This document shows positions 1 through 9,973 of a stretch of DNA of 64,000 bases, piece by piece. A model generated the notes under the pieces. The model made no database searches. It had not been told where the DNA came from and was given only the letters and a program-made list of their open reading frames with translations. The DNA is taken from positions 2,041,442 through 2,105,441 of the forward strand of contig OY730440.1 of assembly GCA_963422655.1 (NCBI GenBank). Direction: 5' to 3'. The first letter of the stretch is position 1; each line of letters begins with the position of its first letter. The stretch is from Acidimicrobiales bacterium. Lineage in GTDB: Bacteria > Actinomycetota > Acidimicrobiia > Acidimicrobiales > Aldehydirespiratoraceae. Made by a program: the position numbers and the translations under genes.

Positions 1-699
1 CAAACGCTCACCGGTACCGGCCATCGGGGCAAGTACCTGTACCTGCATTTTGGTGAGGTCACCTTCGTGGTTCATCTCATGCAAGGAGGCCGGCTGCGTC
101 CCGACGGCAAGCAAGCTCCCAAACCCCGCGGCGGCATGGCCCGGTGGACGTTTGATGACGGATCGGCGTTGCTTCTCACCGAGGCCGGCACCGAGCACCG
201 GGCCGGTGTGTGGCTGGTACGGGGCGAACCCGAAGGCCAGAAGCCAGTGGCCCACCTCGGCCCCGACGCCGACCGGATAAACTTGGACGAACTGGCCTAT
301 CGCCTGGCTGGCACCGGCGAACGGATCCACACCTTTCTGCGGGATCAGGCCCACTTGGCCGGCGTCGGGCGTCTGCTGGCCAACGAGATCCTCCACGCCG
401 CCCAGATTTCGCCCTTCGCCAACACCGCCAAGCTCGACCGCGTTCAGATCGTCCGGCTCCACCGGGCCATGATCGCCACCCTTACCGACGGGCTCGCCCA
501 CGAGCGGACCCTCGACGAGCTGGGCCGTTCGGCTGATCGGCCCAGCAACGTCCATCACCGTATCGGTAAGCCCTGCGTGGCCTGTGACGACGAGGTGCGT
601 TCGGTCTCTTACCGCCGTTACGTGGTGGCCTACTGTCCTACTTGCCAGACCGGTGGGAAAGTGCTGGCCGACAACACCACCAGCAGATTCCTGAAGTGA
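1..699 (+). CDS. Fpg/Nei-family DNA glycosylase/AP lyase, C-terminal part (5' end lies outside the window)
   Basis: Frame 1 is open from nt 1 (QTLTGTGHRGKYLYLHF...). It has an H2TH-like segment FLRDQAHLAGVGRLLANEILHAAQISPF and a C-terminal zinc finger CVAC-x17-CPTC. Confidence 0.8.
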   Translation, partial: QTLTGTGHRGKYLYLHFGEVTFVVHLMQGGRLRPDGKQAPKPRGGMARWTFDDGSALLLTEAGTEHRAGVWLVRGEPEGQKPVAHLGPDADRINLDELAYRLAGTGERIHTFLRDQAHLAGVGRLLANEILHAAQISPFANTAKLDRVQIVRLHRAMIATLTDGLAHERTLDELGRSADRPSNVHHRIGKPCVACDDEVRSVSYRRYVVAYCPTCQTGGKVLADNTTSRFLK

Positions 700-780
700 T
701 ATCGGCCCGGCTGGCCTACTCCTCGTCCTCGTTCAGAAACTCGATGTTGCGTACCCCCGGGGCATCTGGTATAGTCTTGA

Positions 781-855
781 TTACCCCCTGGGGCGATAGC
801 CCCAGCCCAACGGCCCCGGCGGTCCACCCCAGCCGGGGCCGTTTCGCGTCCGGGC
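781..855. repeat. Double-hairpin repeat element, copy A
   Basis: ctgggg-N6-ccccag, then a 10-bp stem acggccccgg...ccggggccgt. A second copy sits at 1661-1730 with conserved stems and a different loop. Copy A lies between convergent genes, so it may act as a bidirectional terminator. Confidence 0.6.
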
Positions 856-896
856 GCCGTTAGCCGCGGCTGGGCAGTCCGAGGATGACCGAGGCG

Positions 897-1301
897 TCAA
901 CTCGATGCGGTCAGCGGGGTGGTACGGGAGCGAACCGTTGCCATAGCTTCTCCCAAGGTTTCGAAAGCGCTGCGGGCGGTAAGGAGCAGGTTGGCGTCGC
1001 CGTCGAGGCGTATCCGACCCTCGAGGAACAGTCGCTGGGCCGAAGCCTCCCCGAAGGCGATCCAGTTGGCCGTCTCGTGGTCGGAGGTGAACACCAGCCG
1101 ATCGGGCCCGGCCCGGCCCGGCCCTAGCGCCACCTCCGCCCGGCCCTCGGTCATGGCCAAGTGCCAGATGAAGACCGATCCGTCCGGTTCGGTGACGTTG
1201 TGTTCGATGACAATGGTCACTTCGGGATCGACCCGCCGGCCCGCCACCGTGTTCCCGAGCAGCTCGACCCACTCGTCGGTCAGGATCTCGATGGCGTCCA
1301 C
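897..1301 (-). CDS. SCP2 (sterol carrier protein 2-like) domain protein
   Basis: 134-aa ORF. The pattern DEWVELLGN...TFVIEH...WHL...G.A.V..GP...D.VFTSDHETANWIAFGE.SAQRLFLEGRIRLDGD is typical of small actinobacterial SCP2-fold proteins. Confidence 0.65.
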   Translation of the reverse strand: MDAIEILTDEWVELLGNTVAGRRVDPEVTIVIEHNVTEPDGSVFIWHLAMTEGRAEVALGPGRAGPDRLVFTSDHETANWIAFGEASAQRLFLEGRIRLDGDANLLLTARSAFETLGEAMATVRSRTTPLTASS

Positions 1302-1549
1302 CGGTCTGGAGCGCTCAGCACGGTACCTTCGGGCGTGATGACGGGGTCAGGGAGACGGTTGGCGCGGATCTTGTTGTCCGGGATCCGTAGGTGACCGTGG
1401 GCTGCTTGCTTGAGTTGCTGGCTCGGCTTGAGCAGTGATCGGCTCATGGCTTCGAGGTCAAGCCAGCGAGAGCTGTCCAGTCCAGCTTGCTTCAATCCGT
1501 AGTACAGGTTGTACCCGTCGATGTAGGTGACGACACGTTCGGCTGTCAT
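1280..1549 (-). pseudogene. Truncated NYN/PIN-like domain gene fragment
   Basis: The N-terminus VVTYIDGYNLYYGLKQ...RWLDLEAM matches the start of NYN-domain proteins. The ORF then loses similarity after about 45 aa and runs into the SCP2 gene start (22-nt overlap). Confidence 0.45.
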
Positions 1550-1610
1550 GGCAGTTCTCTGGGCTCGGCCTTCACGACCATCCCTACGATATGGTCGAAT
1601 TATCGACTTG

Positions 1611-1648
1611 CTTGTCGCTAGTGGTTGGTCTTGTCGCTAGTGGTTGGT
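1611..1648. repeat. Perfect 2 x 19-nt tandem direct repeat (cttgtcgctagtggttggt)
   Basis: Read directly. It lies about 60 nt upstream of the NYN-fragment start codon, so it is a possible operator or iteron. Confidence 0.7.
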
Positions 1649-1660
1649 ATGGTTTTCATG

Positions 1661-1730
1661 TACCCCCCTGGGGTGAGTAGCCCCAGGCCGACGGCCCCGG
1701 ATCGCGACCGGGGCCGTTTCACGTCCGGGC
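1661..1730. repeat. Double-hairpin repeat element, copy B
   Basis: Same two stems as 781-855. The loop of the second hairpin is 7 nt here versus 13 nt in copy A. Confidence 0.6.
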
Positions 1731-1847
1731 CGCCAACGGACCCTCGTTCCGAGTCGGGCTGAGACCAAGGCTCAAGGCTGCTGCGCCCCACTCATCGGTC
1801 AGGATCTTGATGGCGTCCACTTGATGGCGTCCACCGGGCTGGAGCGC

Positions 1848-2147
1848 TCAGCTCGAGAAGCAGTTGTCGAGACTGCCCAGAGCGGCTCGAAGCCCGGTCG
1901 TGTCGGTGAACCGCAAGATCTTGACCTCGGAGCTGGAAGAGTTCGTCCACGCGAACAGGAACAGTCCGGGGTTGGTGGCCAGATGCCACGCGAAGTCGAC
2001 AGCTTCGTTGCCGGTGATAGAGAGCCACTCGTAGTCGGATTCCACCCACCACTCGGTCTGAGCGGCGGCAGATCCTGCTCGGTAGGCCACCGCCACGGTG
2101 TCGTCTTGGTAATCGCCTGAAACGAAGGCATCAGTCCAAATGTTCAC
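1848..2147 (-). CDS. Hypothetical small protein (about 99 aa)
   Basis: ORF 1848..2273 trimmed to a GTG at 2147, just downstream of the stop of the SLH protease gene. No clear SD sequence and no recognised motif. Confidence 0.3.
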   Translation of the reverse strand: MNIWTDAFVSGDYQDDTVAVAYRAGSAAAQTEWWVESDYEWLSITGNEAVDFAWHLATNPGLFLFAWTNSSSSEVKILRFTDTTGLRAALGSLDNCFSS

Positions 2148-2160
2148 ACCAGGTGAGGAG

Positions 2161-4311
2161 TTATGACACGATATCCATAGACTCCCGGTCGGGTCCGAAA
2201 TAGGTGGTGGCGGGCTGTGAGTCGAGTGAGTACAACGTGATAGGCGTGTCGTCCCATTCGTTCTGGCGCTCATTTATCACCCACTCTCCGATATCCGGTT
2301 TGGTTTCAGTGTAAGGTTTGACCTCGACCGTGAAAGTGTCCCCGTTGCGGCTGATCACATCGATGGAGAATCCCGGTCCGTCTTCGTCGACGGGCCAGTA
2401 CCAGCCGTCGCCGGGTGCCATCACGTGGGCGGCTTCGTCCTCGTCGTAGCCATTGTCGGCATCGAATAGCGGTCTCGTCCTGCGATCCAGCCCGTAGCAG
2501 TAGCCGCGATCGGGTAGGTCACAGCCATCAAGGGTCTGATCGATGGAGTAGATCTCGACGCCCTCGGCGATGATGCCGCTGTCGGCCCACCAAAGGTCGC
2601 CGGTACCTCGGACCCTGGCTCCCAGGGCCAGGTAATAACTCAGGTTGTCGGCGCCGTAGGGCACTACCAGCAATTGTGTACCGGTGCTTCCGATCGGGCC
2701 CAGTTGATACCGAGCCGTGGTGCCCGGGGTGTGTATGGCGGTCTGGGTGACAGGGATCCAGCCCGCGGCGTAGCGATTGATGGCCGGGGTGCCCACCGAC
2801 GGCACCGACAGAGACTCAGCACTGGCCGAGTAGCCCATGAGGTCCATCGGGTTGTCGTATTCCCATATCTCGTCCTGGTCATCGTCGGTGACCCCGCTGA
2901 AGGAGTGGGGCCAGCACAGGGCGTGACCCATCTCGTGAGCCAGCAGCGCAGGGTCGGTAACGTTCCCGTTGACCAGTACGGCTCGACCATTGCTCGGGTA
3001 TCCGCTCTGGGTATAGAACCCACAGTTGGCTGCTCCCACGAACTGGCCTCCGCCCCGGTTGACGGGAATGTCTACGACGATTATCACCCCTTCTATGTCG
3101 GCCCGCTGGTCGGTGAACTGTTCGGCTACCTTTTCTCCGCAGCTATGGGGGTAGGACTCACTGGATCTGTCTACGTCGACCACGCCCCCGGCTCGAAATA
3201 CCGGTAAATACCGGCCTTCGGACAGCCAGTCGAACCAGTCCGTCACACGAGCCGCGAACTTGGTGGCGTAGTTGGACGGGTTGTGTCGACTATCGGGGTG
3301 CATCGAGTAGTGGCCCGACCCGTCTGGGGTGTTGCACAGCCACACCTCGTACCGGTCTCCTTCAGGGCCGGGTAGCGAGTAGGTCCGCATGAACGGAGCA
3401 TGGGCTATCAGTCGCAACGGGTCGCCGGTGTAAATCCCGTCCGGATCTGGTGGAGGTTCTTTGGGCGTGGGTGTGACCGTCTTCAGTGTGATCAGCCCGG
3501 CGGGACGCACACTGGTATGTCCGAGAGCTCGGACGATGAACGACGCCATCTGTGCTCTGGTGACCGTGCCGTCGGGATCGTAGGTGCCGTCGGACTTGCC
3601 TGAGGTGATGCCCAGTTCGTACATCGCGGCGATGGCGTGGTGCTGGTTGGCGGTAGCTCGGGTACGGGTGTCGGGGAACGAGTCGTCCACGATCAAAGGG
3701 GTGCCGCCCGGGCGGGTGAGGTCGACCTGTCCCCCATCGTCGATGGTGACGTCGATCGGGGAGTTGTGATCGGTGGTGAGTTCGAGAAGCCGGGCCAGGA
3801 AAAGGGCCATGTCGGCTCGGGTCACGTTGTCGTTGGGGGAGAACGCGGTCGGGTACGGGCTGGGCATGATCCCCAGGGCCGCGGCCGCGTAGATGGCGTC
3901 TTGTGCACTCGAGTTACGCCCGGCGATGTCGTGAAAGACCGTTGCGTCTCTGGCGGGGAGCTCGACCCCGGCCCGGGTCGCGGCTCGGGTCAGGAACAGT
4001 GCCATCTGCCAGCGGGTCACCGCCTTCTTGGGTGCATAGCGGGTGCCGTCACCCGCGCCTACCGTCACCCCGTAGTAGGCGATACAGCCGATGTTGGCGG
4101 CGTGGGTGGTATCAACGCCGATGTCGGCGAACCTTCCGGCGGCTTGCTGCGCGGCTCGGGTCCGGTCGGGGCAGGCCGGGTTGTCCCTGTGCTGCCATCC
4201 GGCTTCGGGTGCACCGGTCTCGGCCCCGGCCGCAGCCGCGCCGGTCGTGACCAGCCCGGCCAGCACAGATACACCGACCACGATCCGCAAAAGTCTCGTC
4301 ATGGTTCTCAT
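2161..4311 (-). CDS. Secreted SLH-domain-anchored zinc metalloprotease (HExxH)
   Basis: Signal peptide MRTMTRLLRIVVGVSVLAGLVTTGAAAAGA. Three SLH-like repeats (e.g. FHDIAG...AIYAAAALGIM...FSPNDNVTRADMALFLARLL). HExxH site LLAHEMGHALCWPHS. Start chosen at the internal ATG 4311; the ORF extends to 4362. Confidence 0.8.
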   Translation of the reverse strand: MRTMTRLLRIVVGVSVLAGLVTTGAAAAGAETGAPEAGWQHRDNPACPDRTRAAQQAAGRFADIGVDTTHAANIGCIAYYGVTVGAGDGTRYAPKKAVTRWQMALFLTRAATRAGVELPARDATVFHDIAGRNSSAQDAIYAAAALGIMPSPYPTAFSPNDNVTRADMALFLARLLELTTDHNSPIDVTIDDGGQVDLTRPGGTPLIVDDSFPDTRTRATANQHHAIAAMYELGITSGKSDGTYDPDGTVTRAQMASFIVRALGHTSVRPAGLITLKTVTPTPKEPPPDPDGIYTGDPLRLIAHAPFMRTYSLPGPEGDRYEVWLCNTPDGSGHYSMHPDSRHNPSNYATKFAARVTDWFDWLSEGRYLPVFRAGGVVDVDRSSESYPHSCGEKVAEQFTDQRADIEGVIIVVDIPVNRGGGQFVGAANCGFYTQSGYPSNGRAVLVNGNVTDPALLAHEMGHALCWPHSFSGVTDDDQDEIWEYDNPMDLMGYSASAESLSVPSVGTPAINRYAAGWIPVTQTAIHTPGTTARYQLGPIGSTGTQLLVVPYGADNLSYYLALGARVRGTGDLWWADSGIIAEGVEIYSIDQTLDGCDLPDRGYCYGLDRRTRPLFDADNGYDEDEAAHVMAPGDGWYWPVDEDGPGFSIDVISRNGDTFTVEVKPYTETKPDIGEWVINERQNEWDDTPITLYSLDSQPATTYFGPDRESMDIVS

Positions 4312-4421
4312 GGCTAGATTCCTTGATTCCTCGAAGGCCCGGCTCTCACTCGCACTCCCCAAAAGCTACGGTCGAACCGGCAACTCGAAGAGAAGATGGG
4401 ACAGAACCTAAACGAGAGGGT

Positions 4422-5081
4422 ATGACAGCCCGTCCCCGCAGCCGGCCCGAGGATCACCAGGATAGCCTCCAGCTCGTGGAGCTGATCGTCGTGCGCCATG
4501 CCCGTCCGGTTCGCCAAGAGGTACCTGAAGGCCAATCGGCCGACCCCGGCCTGTCCGAGCTCGGCCACCAGCAAGCGAAGGCCACGGCCGCCTACCTGGC
4601 CGACCAAGGCGTCGATCACGTTGCCTCCTCCTCCATGTTGCGAGCCACCAGTACGGCTGTCGCCTTGGCCGAGCGGCTTGGTACCGACGTCGAGACCCTC
4701 GACGACTTGCGTGAGTCCGACCACCGGTCGCACATCTACATACCGGTAGAAGAGATAGACCGCAGCGACGGGACAATGGCATCCCTTTACAGCGGCGATC
4801 TTCACGAAAAGATTTTCTCCGGGGGCTACGAAGGATTCCGCCGCCGGGTCGTGCGGGGTTTCGAGCATCTGATCCGCACCCGACCGTCTCGCACCGTGGT
4901 CGTGTACTGCCATGCCATGGTCACCGCCGTGTACCTCCAGTCGGTGCTCGAGATCGATGATCCATTCAAGCTCCTGATCGACTACTGCGGGATCAGCCGG
5001 GTGCTGGCCTCGAGTACGGGACGGCGCAGTGTCAGGTCGATCAACGAGACTGCACACGTCCGCGATCTGCTGGAGAGATGA
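4422..5081 (+). CDS. Histidine phosphatase family protein (phosphoglycerate-mutase-like)
   Basis: LIVVRHARP ... LSELGHQQA ... SSSMLRATSTA ... VVVYCHAMV, the RH..H catalytic pattern. ATG 4422 is preceded by gagaggg. Confidence 0.7.
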   Translation: MTARPRSRPEDHQDSLQLVELIVVRHARPVRQEVPEGQSADPGLSELGHQQAKATAAYLADQGVDHVASSSMLRATSTAVALAERLGTDVETLDDLRESDHRSHIYIPVEEIDRSDGTMASLYSGDLHEKIFSGGYEGFRRRVVRGFEHLIRTRPSRTVVVYCHAMVTAVYLQSVLEIDDPFKLLIDYCGISRVLASSTGRRSVRSINETAHVRDLLER

Positions 5082-5112
5082 GACCGTGTTCGAACCGGAG
5101 CGCTGAGTCTCG

Positions 5113-5949
5113 GTGTTCACTCTGGTAGTGATGGCCGCCGGAATCGGGTCCCGTTTCGGCGGGGTCAAGCAGCTCGTCGGGGTAGGCCCTGACGGTGAGA
5201 CCTTTCTCGACTTCGCCATAACCGACGCGGGTGTGGCTGGTGCCGACAGGGTGGTGATGGTGGTGCGCTCCCAGATCGAAGACGACGTCCGCCGCCATGT
5301 CGAAGCCCGCCACCCCGGCCTCGACATCACCTACGTCCGTCAGGACGACCACGGCCCGCCCCGCCCCAAACCCTGGGGGACGGCCCACGCCGTTCTGGCC
5401 ACCGCCTCTGTCGTGACCGACTCTTTCGTGGTCTGCAATGCCGACGACTACTACGGGGCCACCACTTACCCGGCGGTGGCTGACCGGCTCGGGTCACTGG
5501 CCGTCGGTCGAGCCGCCCTTTGCGGCTTCCGCCTCGATCGCACCTTGCCGGTCCTGGGTTCGGTGAGCCGGGGTATCTGCACCGTGGAAGGCGGTCGGTT
5601 GATGGGCATCGTCGAGCACCACGGCGTCGCTCGGTGTCCTGACACCGGTGAGATAACGGCGGCGACCCCAGCCGTGGCCCTACCCGGCGCCGCTTCGGCC
5701 TCCATGAACTTGTGGGCTTTTGAAACCTCGATGTTCGACTGGCTCGATGCAGGGTTCAGCCGGTTCCTCGACATCCACGGCCGTGACGAGCAGGCCGAGT
5801 ATCTCCTGCCGGTGGCGGTGGCCGAGAAGATGGCCGATGGTTCGCTCACGGTCGAGGTGGTGCCCACCGAGGAGACCTGGGTGGGGGTGACCAACCCCGC
5901 CGATCTGGACGTGGCTCGCCGGACTATTGCCGCCTTGCGCCGCCGGTGA
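5113..5949 (+). CDS. Nucleotidyltransferase family protein (sugar-phosphate NTP-transferase fold)
   Basis: N-terminal VVMAAGIGSRFGGVKQL (G-x-G-x-R signature), WGTAHAV and NADDYYG. Confidence 0.7.
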   Translation: MFTLVVMAAGIGSRFGGVKQLVGVGPDGETFLDFAITDAGVAGADRVVMVVRSQIEDDVRRHVEARHPGLDITYVRQDDHGPPRPKPWGTAHAVLATASVVTDSFVVCNADDYYGATTYPAVADRLGSLAVGRAALCGFRLDRTLPVLGSVSRGICTVEGGRLMGIVEHHGVARCPDTGEITAATPAVALPGAASASMNLWAFETSMFDWLDAGFSRFLDIHGRDEQAEYLLPVAVAEKMADGSLTVEVVPTEETWVGVTNPADLDVARRTIAALRRR

Positions 5950-6221
5950 CCGATCACTCCGGGGTGGCTGCTCGGTGCCCGGCTGCCCGGGAAAATGGCA
6001 AGTAGGGGCAGAGGGCGTGAGGTCCATGCCTCATGACCCCACGTTGGCGTCGAGCGCTGCTGCCATCCAGCGAGCGGCAACACGATCGGGTACTACTGGC
6101 GATCGAGAGCGCCACCTCGTCGACGGCGAAGTCTCGCCCCGACCACCTTCGATTCGGGCTCGACAGCACCGGCCTCACGCGCCAAGATAGTGTCCCACAG
6201 GTCAACACCGAGGGGGATCCC

Positions 6222-6731
6222 ATGAAGCTCATGTCCCTGACCGTCAATGGCACCGAGCGGAGCCTCGAAGTGGAGCCGCGTACGCTGCTGGTGCATGCGC
6301 TGCGCGATCAGCTCGGGCTCACCGGCACCAACATCGGCTGCGATTCCAGCAGTTGCGGTGCCTGCACGATCCTCGTCGACGGTCGATCCGCCAAATCCTG
6401 CACCATGCTGGCCGTTCAGGCCGACGGGGCCGACGTCACCACCATCGAGGGGCTGGCCGGCGCCGACGGCACGCTGCACCCGGTCCAACAGGCCTTTCAC
6501 GAGTGCCATGCTCTGCAGTGCGGCTACTGCACGCCGGGCATGGTGATGGCCGCCGTCTCGCTCATCGACGAGTATCCCGACCTCGACGAAGTCGGGGTGC
6601 GCTCCGGCTTGGAGGGCAACCTCTGCCGCTGCACCGGCTACCAGAACATCGTCGATGCCGTCCTGCAAGCAGTCGGCAACTCGGCGGAGGCCCGCCGAGC
6701 CGCCACCGTCACGGCTGGGAACCGATCATGA
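6222..6731 (+). CDS. (2Fe-2S)-binding small subunit of a xanthine-dehydrogenase/CO-dehydrogenase-family molybdenum hydroxylase (CoxS-like)
   Basis: Two [2Fe-2S] motifs: [16 protein letters not shown], and CGYCTPGM with CRCTGY. ATG 6222 follows gaggggg. Confidence 0.9.
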   Translation: MKLMSLTVNGTERSLEVEPRTLLVHALRDQLGLTGTNIGCDSSSCGACTILVDGRSAKSCTMLAVQADGADVTTIEGLAGADGTLHPVQQAFHECHALQCGYCTPGMVMAAVSLIDEYPDLDEVGVRSGLEGNLCRCTGYQNIVDAVLQAVGNSAEARRAATVTAGNRS

Positions 6732-9118
6732 CCGCCACCGCCACCGCCACCGCCCACGTCGGCACCCGCCGCCTGCGCAAGGAGGACCCGGCCCTGCTCA
6801 CCGGCGAGTCCCGCTTCGTCGACGACCTCCACCTGCCCGGTGCCCTGTGGATGGGCGTGGTCCGCTCCAGCGAGGCCCACGCCGCCATAAAGAGCATCGA
6901 CTCCGACCGAGCCGAGCAGACCGAGGGCGTGGTCGAAGTGCTCACCGGCGCCGACTTGGCCCCTCTGTGGGGCGGGGCTGCCCTTCCCTGCGCTTGGCCC
7001 GTCACCGACGACATGCACAACCCCGCTCACCTGCCCGTCGCCACTGGTGAGGTCAAATACGTGGGCGATGCCGTGGCTGTGGTCCTGGCTACCTCTCGCT
7101 ACGCGGCCGCCGACGGAGCCGCCGCCGTGATCGTCGACTACGAGCCCAAGCCTGCCGTTGTCGATCTGGCTGGCGCCGTGGCCGCCGACAGCCCGCTGGT
7201 GCACGAAGAGATCGGCACCAACGCCTCCTATACCTGGGAGCTCATCCCCGACCCCGACGCGGTGGACGCAGCCTTCGCCGGGGCTGCCCACGTGGTGAAG
7301 GAGCGGTACGTCCAGCAGCGGTTGATCCCGGCCGCCATGGAGCCCCGGGGGGTGGTGGCGGTGCCCTCGGTGGCCGGCGGTGAACTCACCTTGTACTCGG
7401 CCACCCAGATCCCTCACATCCTCAAGGTGATGACCGCGGTCACCCTGGGTATCGGTGAGAACAAGCTGCGGGTGGTGGCCCCGGCGGTGGGCGGCGGCTT
7501 CGGGTCGAAGCTCAACGTCTACGCCGAGGAGATCATCTGCAGCGCCTTGGCCCTGCGCAAAGGAGTTCCGGTGCGCTGGACCGAGACCCGCAGCGAGGCG
7601 GCCCTGTCCACCATCCAAGGCCGGGGTCAGATCCAAGACATCGAGCTGGCCGCCGACTCCGACGGCAAGGTCTCAGCCGTGCGGGTGAAGCTCCTGGCCG
7701 ATATGGGGGCCTATCTCCAGCTCGTCACCCCCGGCGTCCCGTTGCTGGGGGCTTTCCTGTATCACGGCTGCTACGACATCGCCCACTACTCGTTCAGTTG
7801 CACCGGGGTGTTCACCAACAAGACGCCCACCGACGCCTACCGGGGGGCGGGCCGGCCCGAGGCCACCTACGCCATCGAACGGGCCATGGACTCCCTGGCC
7901 GCAGTCACCGGGCTGACCCCCGAGGAGATCAGAGCCCGCAACTTCATCGAGGCCGACGCATTTCCTTACCAATCCTGCGCCGGGCTGACCTTCGACAGCG
8001 GCGACTACCACGCCGTGCTCGATCGGGCTCGGACCCTGGTCGATCTCGACGTTCGGCGAGCCGATCAGGCCCGCCGCCGCCAGCAGGGGTCGGCCAAACA
8101 GCTCGGCATCGGCTTCTCCAGCTACGTGGAGATGTGTGGGCTGGCCCCGAGCCGGGTGCTGGCCTCGCTCAACTACGGGGCCGGGGGCTGGGAGGCGGCC
8201 ACAGTGAGGGTCCTGCCCACGGCCAAGGTCCAAGTGGTCAGCGGGGCCACCCCCCACGGCCAGGGCCACGAGACGGCTTGGTCGATGATCGTGGCCGACC
8301 AGCTCGGCATCGATCCCGATGACGTGGAGGTGCTCCACTCCGACACCACCGTCAGCCCCACCGGTATGGACACCTACGGGTCGAGGTCGCTGTCGGTGGG
8401 GGGCACGGCCATATACATGGCGGCCGAACGGGTGCTCGACAAGGCTCGTACCATCGCCGCCCACCAGCTCGAGGCCAGTGCCGACGACTTGGAGTACGTC
8501 GGCGGGGCTTTCCAAGTCAAGGGCACGCCCTCCAAGTCGGTGGCTTTCGCAGAGATCGCCTTCGCGGCGTTCACCGCTCACGACCTGCCCGACGGTGTCG
8601 AGCCCAACCTGGAGGCCCACGTCACCTACGACCCGCCCAATTTCACTTTCCCCAACGGCACTCACGTGGCGGTGGTGGAGGTCGATACCGACACCGGTGA
8701 GGTGGAAATGGTCGACTACGTGGCTGTGGACGACTGTGGTCATCAGGTCAACCCGTTGATAGTCGAGGGTCAGGTTCACGGTGGCATCCTCCAGGGCGCG
8801 GCCCAAGCCCTGTACGAGGACGCCGTGTACACCGGCGAGGGTCAGTTGACCACGGCGAACCTGGTCGATTACCTGGTGCCGTCGGCGGCCGAGGCGCCCC
8901 GCTTCCGGCTCGACAGCCACGTTTCGCCCAGTCCTACCAACCCGATGGGGGTGAAAGGGATCGGCGAGGCTGGCACCATTGCCGCCACCCCGGCGGTGAT
9001 CAACGCCGTCGTGGACGCGCTGCGCCCCTTGGGCGTTGCCGATCTGGCCATGCCGGCTTCGCCCCAGACCGTGTGGAGGGCTATTGAAGCGGCCCGAAGC
9101 CGAGGAGGTTCATCATGA
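6728..9118 (+). CDS. Molybdopterin-binding large subunit, form II CoxL-like
   Basis: Start ATG overlaps the coxS-like stop (ATGA). N-terminus [20 protein letters not shown]. Active-site loop reads AYRGAGR (the form II / BMS-type signature), not AYxCSFR. Confidence 0.9.
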   Translation: MTATATATAHVGTRRLRKEDPALLTGESRFVDDLHLPGALWMGVVRSSEAHAAIKSIDSDRAEQTEGVVEVLTGADLAPLWGGAALPCAWPVTDDMHNPAHLPVATGEVKYVGDAVAVVLATSRYAAADGAAAVIVDYEPKPAVVDLAGAVAADSPLVHEEIGTNASYTWELIPDPDAVDAAFAGAAHVVKERYVQQRLIPAAMEPRGVVAVPSVAGGELTLYSATQIPHILKVMTAVTLGIGENKLRVVAPAVGGGFGSKLNVYAEEIICSALALRKGVPVRWTETRSEAALSTIQGRGQIQDIELAADSDGKVSAVRVKLLADMGAYLQLVTPGVPLLGAFLYHGCYDIAHYSFSCTGVFTNKTPTDAYRGAGRPEATYAIERAMDSLAAVTGLTPEEIRARNFIEADAFPYQSCAGLTFDSGDYHAVLDRARTLVDLDVRRADQARRRQQGSAKQLGIGFSSYVEMCGLAPSRVLASLNYGAGGWEAATVRVLPTAKVQVVSGATPHGQGHETAWSMIVADQLGIDPDDVEVLHSDTTVSPTGMDTYGSRSLSVGGTAIYMAAERVLDKARTIAAHQLEASADDLEYVGGAFQVKGTPSKSVAFAEIAFAAFTAHDLPDGVEPNLEAHVTYDPPNFTFPNGTHVAVVEVDTDTGEVEMVDYVAVDDCGHQVNPLIVEGQVHGGILQGAAQALYEDAVYTGEGQLTTANLVDYLVPSAAEAPRFRLDSHVSPSPTNPMGVKGIGEAGTIAATPAVINAVVDALRPLGVADLAMPASPQTVWRAIEAARSRGGSS

Positions 9119-9933
9119 TCCCTGCTGCTTGCGACTACGAGCGGGCCGATTCGGCCGACCACGCCATCGAGTTGCTGGTCCGTCACGGTGACGAGGCCAA
9201 GCTCTTGGCCGGGGGCCACAGCCTCATCCCCCTGATGAGGTACCGGCTGGCCACTCCGGCTGTGCTGGTGGATGTGGGCCGGCTCGACGACCTGCGTTAC
9301 ATCGAGAGCCGCAACGGCACCGTCGCCATCGGGGCTCTCACCCGCCACAGCGAGCTGGAGCATTCCGAGGTGCTGGCCCGTGACTGCGGGTTGCTGGCCT
9401 CGGTGGCGGCCGAGGTGGGCGACCCGGCCGTGCGTCATCGGGGCACGCTGGGGGGCACCCTGGCCCACGCCGACCCGGCTTCGGACCTGCCCGCAGCCGT
9501 GCTGGCCTTGGGGGGCACGCTGGTGGCCCGCGGCCCCGACGGTGAGCGCGAGATCGCGGCTGCGGAGTTCTTCACCGGTTACTTCGAGTCGGTGGTGGCC
9601 CCCGACGAAATGCTGGTAGAGGTACGGGTCCCGACCGGCGCTGGGGGTTGGAACTACCAGAAGTTCAACCGCCGGGCCCAGGACTGGGCCATCGTGGGGG
9701 TAGCCGTGGCTGGCGGGGGCTCGGGCGTGAGCCTGGTGAACATGGGTTCCACGCCGGTGCGGGCCAATGCGGTGGAGGAGGCCTTGGCCGACGGAGCCTC
9801 GGCCGCCGATGCCGCCAGGCTGGCCGCCGAAGGGCTCGACCCGCCCGCCGACCTCAACGCCGACGCCGATTACCGCCGCCACTTGGCCCGGGTGCTCACC
9901 GGTCGAGCCTTGGCCGCGGCCGGAGTGGCCTGA
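9115..9933 (+). CDS. FAD-binding medium subunit (CoxM-like)
   Basis: 4-nt overlap with the large subunit. LLAGGHSLIPLMRYRLATPAVLVDV and RHRGTLGGTLAHADPASD are typical FAD-binding PCMH-type motifs. Confidence 0.9.
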   Translation: MIPAACDYERADSADHAIELLVRHGDEAKLLAGGHSLIPLMRYRLATPAVLVDVGRLDDLRYIESRNGTVAIGALTRHSELEHSEVLARDCGLLASVAAEVGDPAVRHRGTLGGTLAHADPASDLPAAVLALGGTLVARGPDGEREIAAAEFFTGYFESVVAPDEMLVEVRVPTGAGGWNYQKFNRRAQDWAIVGVAVAGGGSGVSLVNMGSTPVRANAVEEALADGASAADAARLAAEGLDPPADLNADADYRRHLARVLTGRALAAAGVA

Positions 9934-9973
9934 CTCGGATTTCCGGTAGGTCTTCGGCCCTTTGATTCGGGCC

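Noticed and set aside
6353-6727. N-terminal 125-aa extension of the CoxL ORF (921 aa)
   Set aside because: The extension overlaps the CoxS gene in another frame and is Arg/Pro-rich. The conserved CoxL N-terminus begins at ATG 6728, which overlaps the coxS-like stop.
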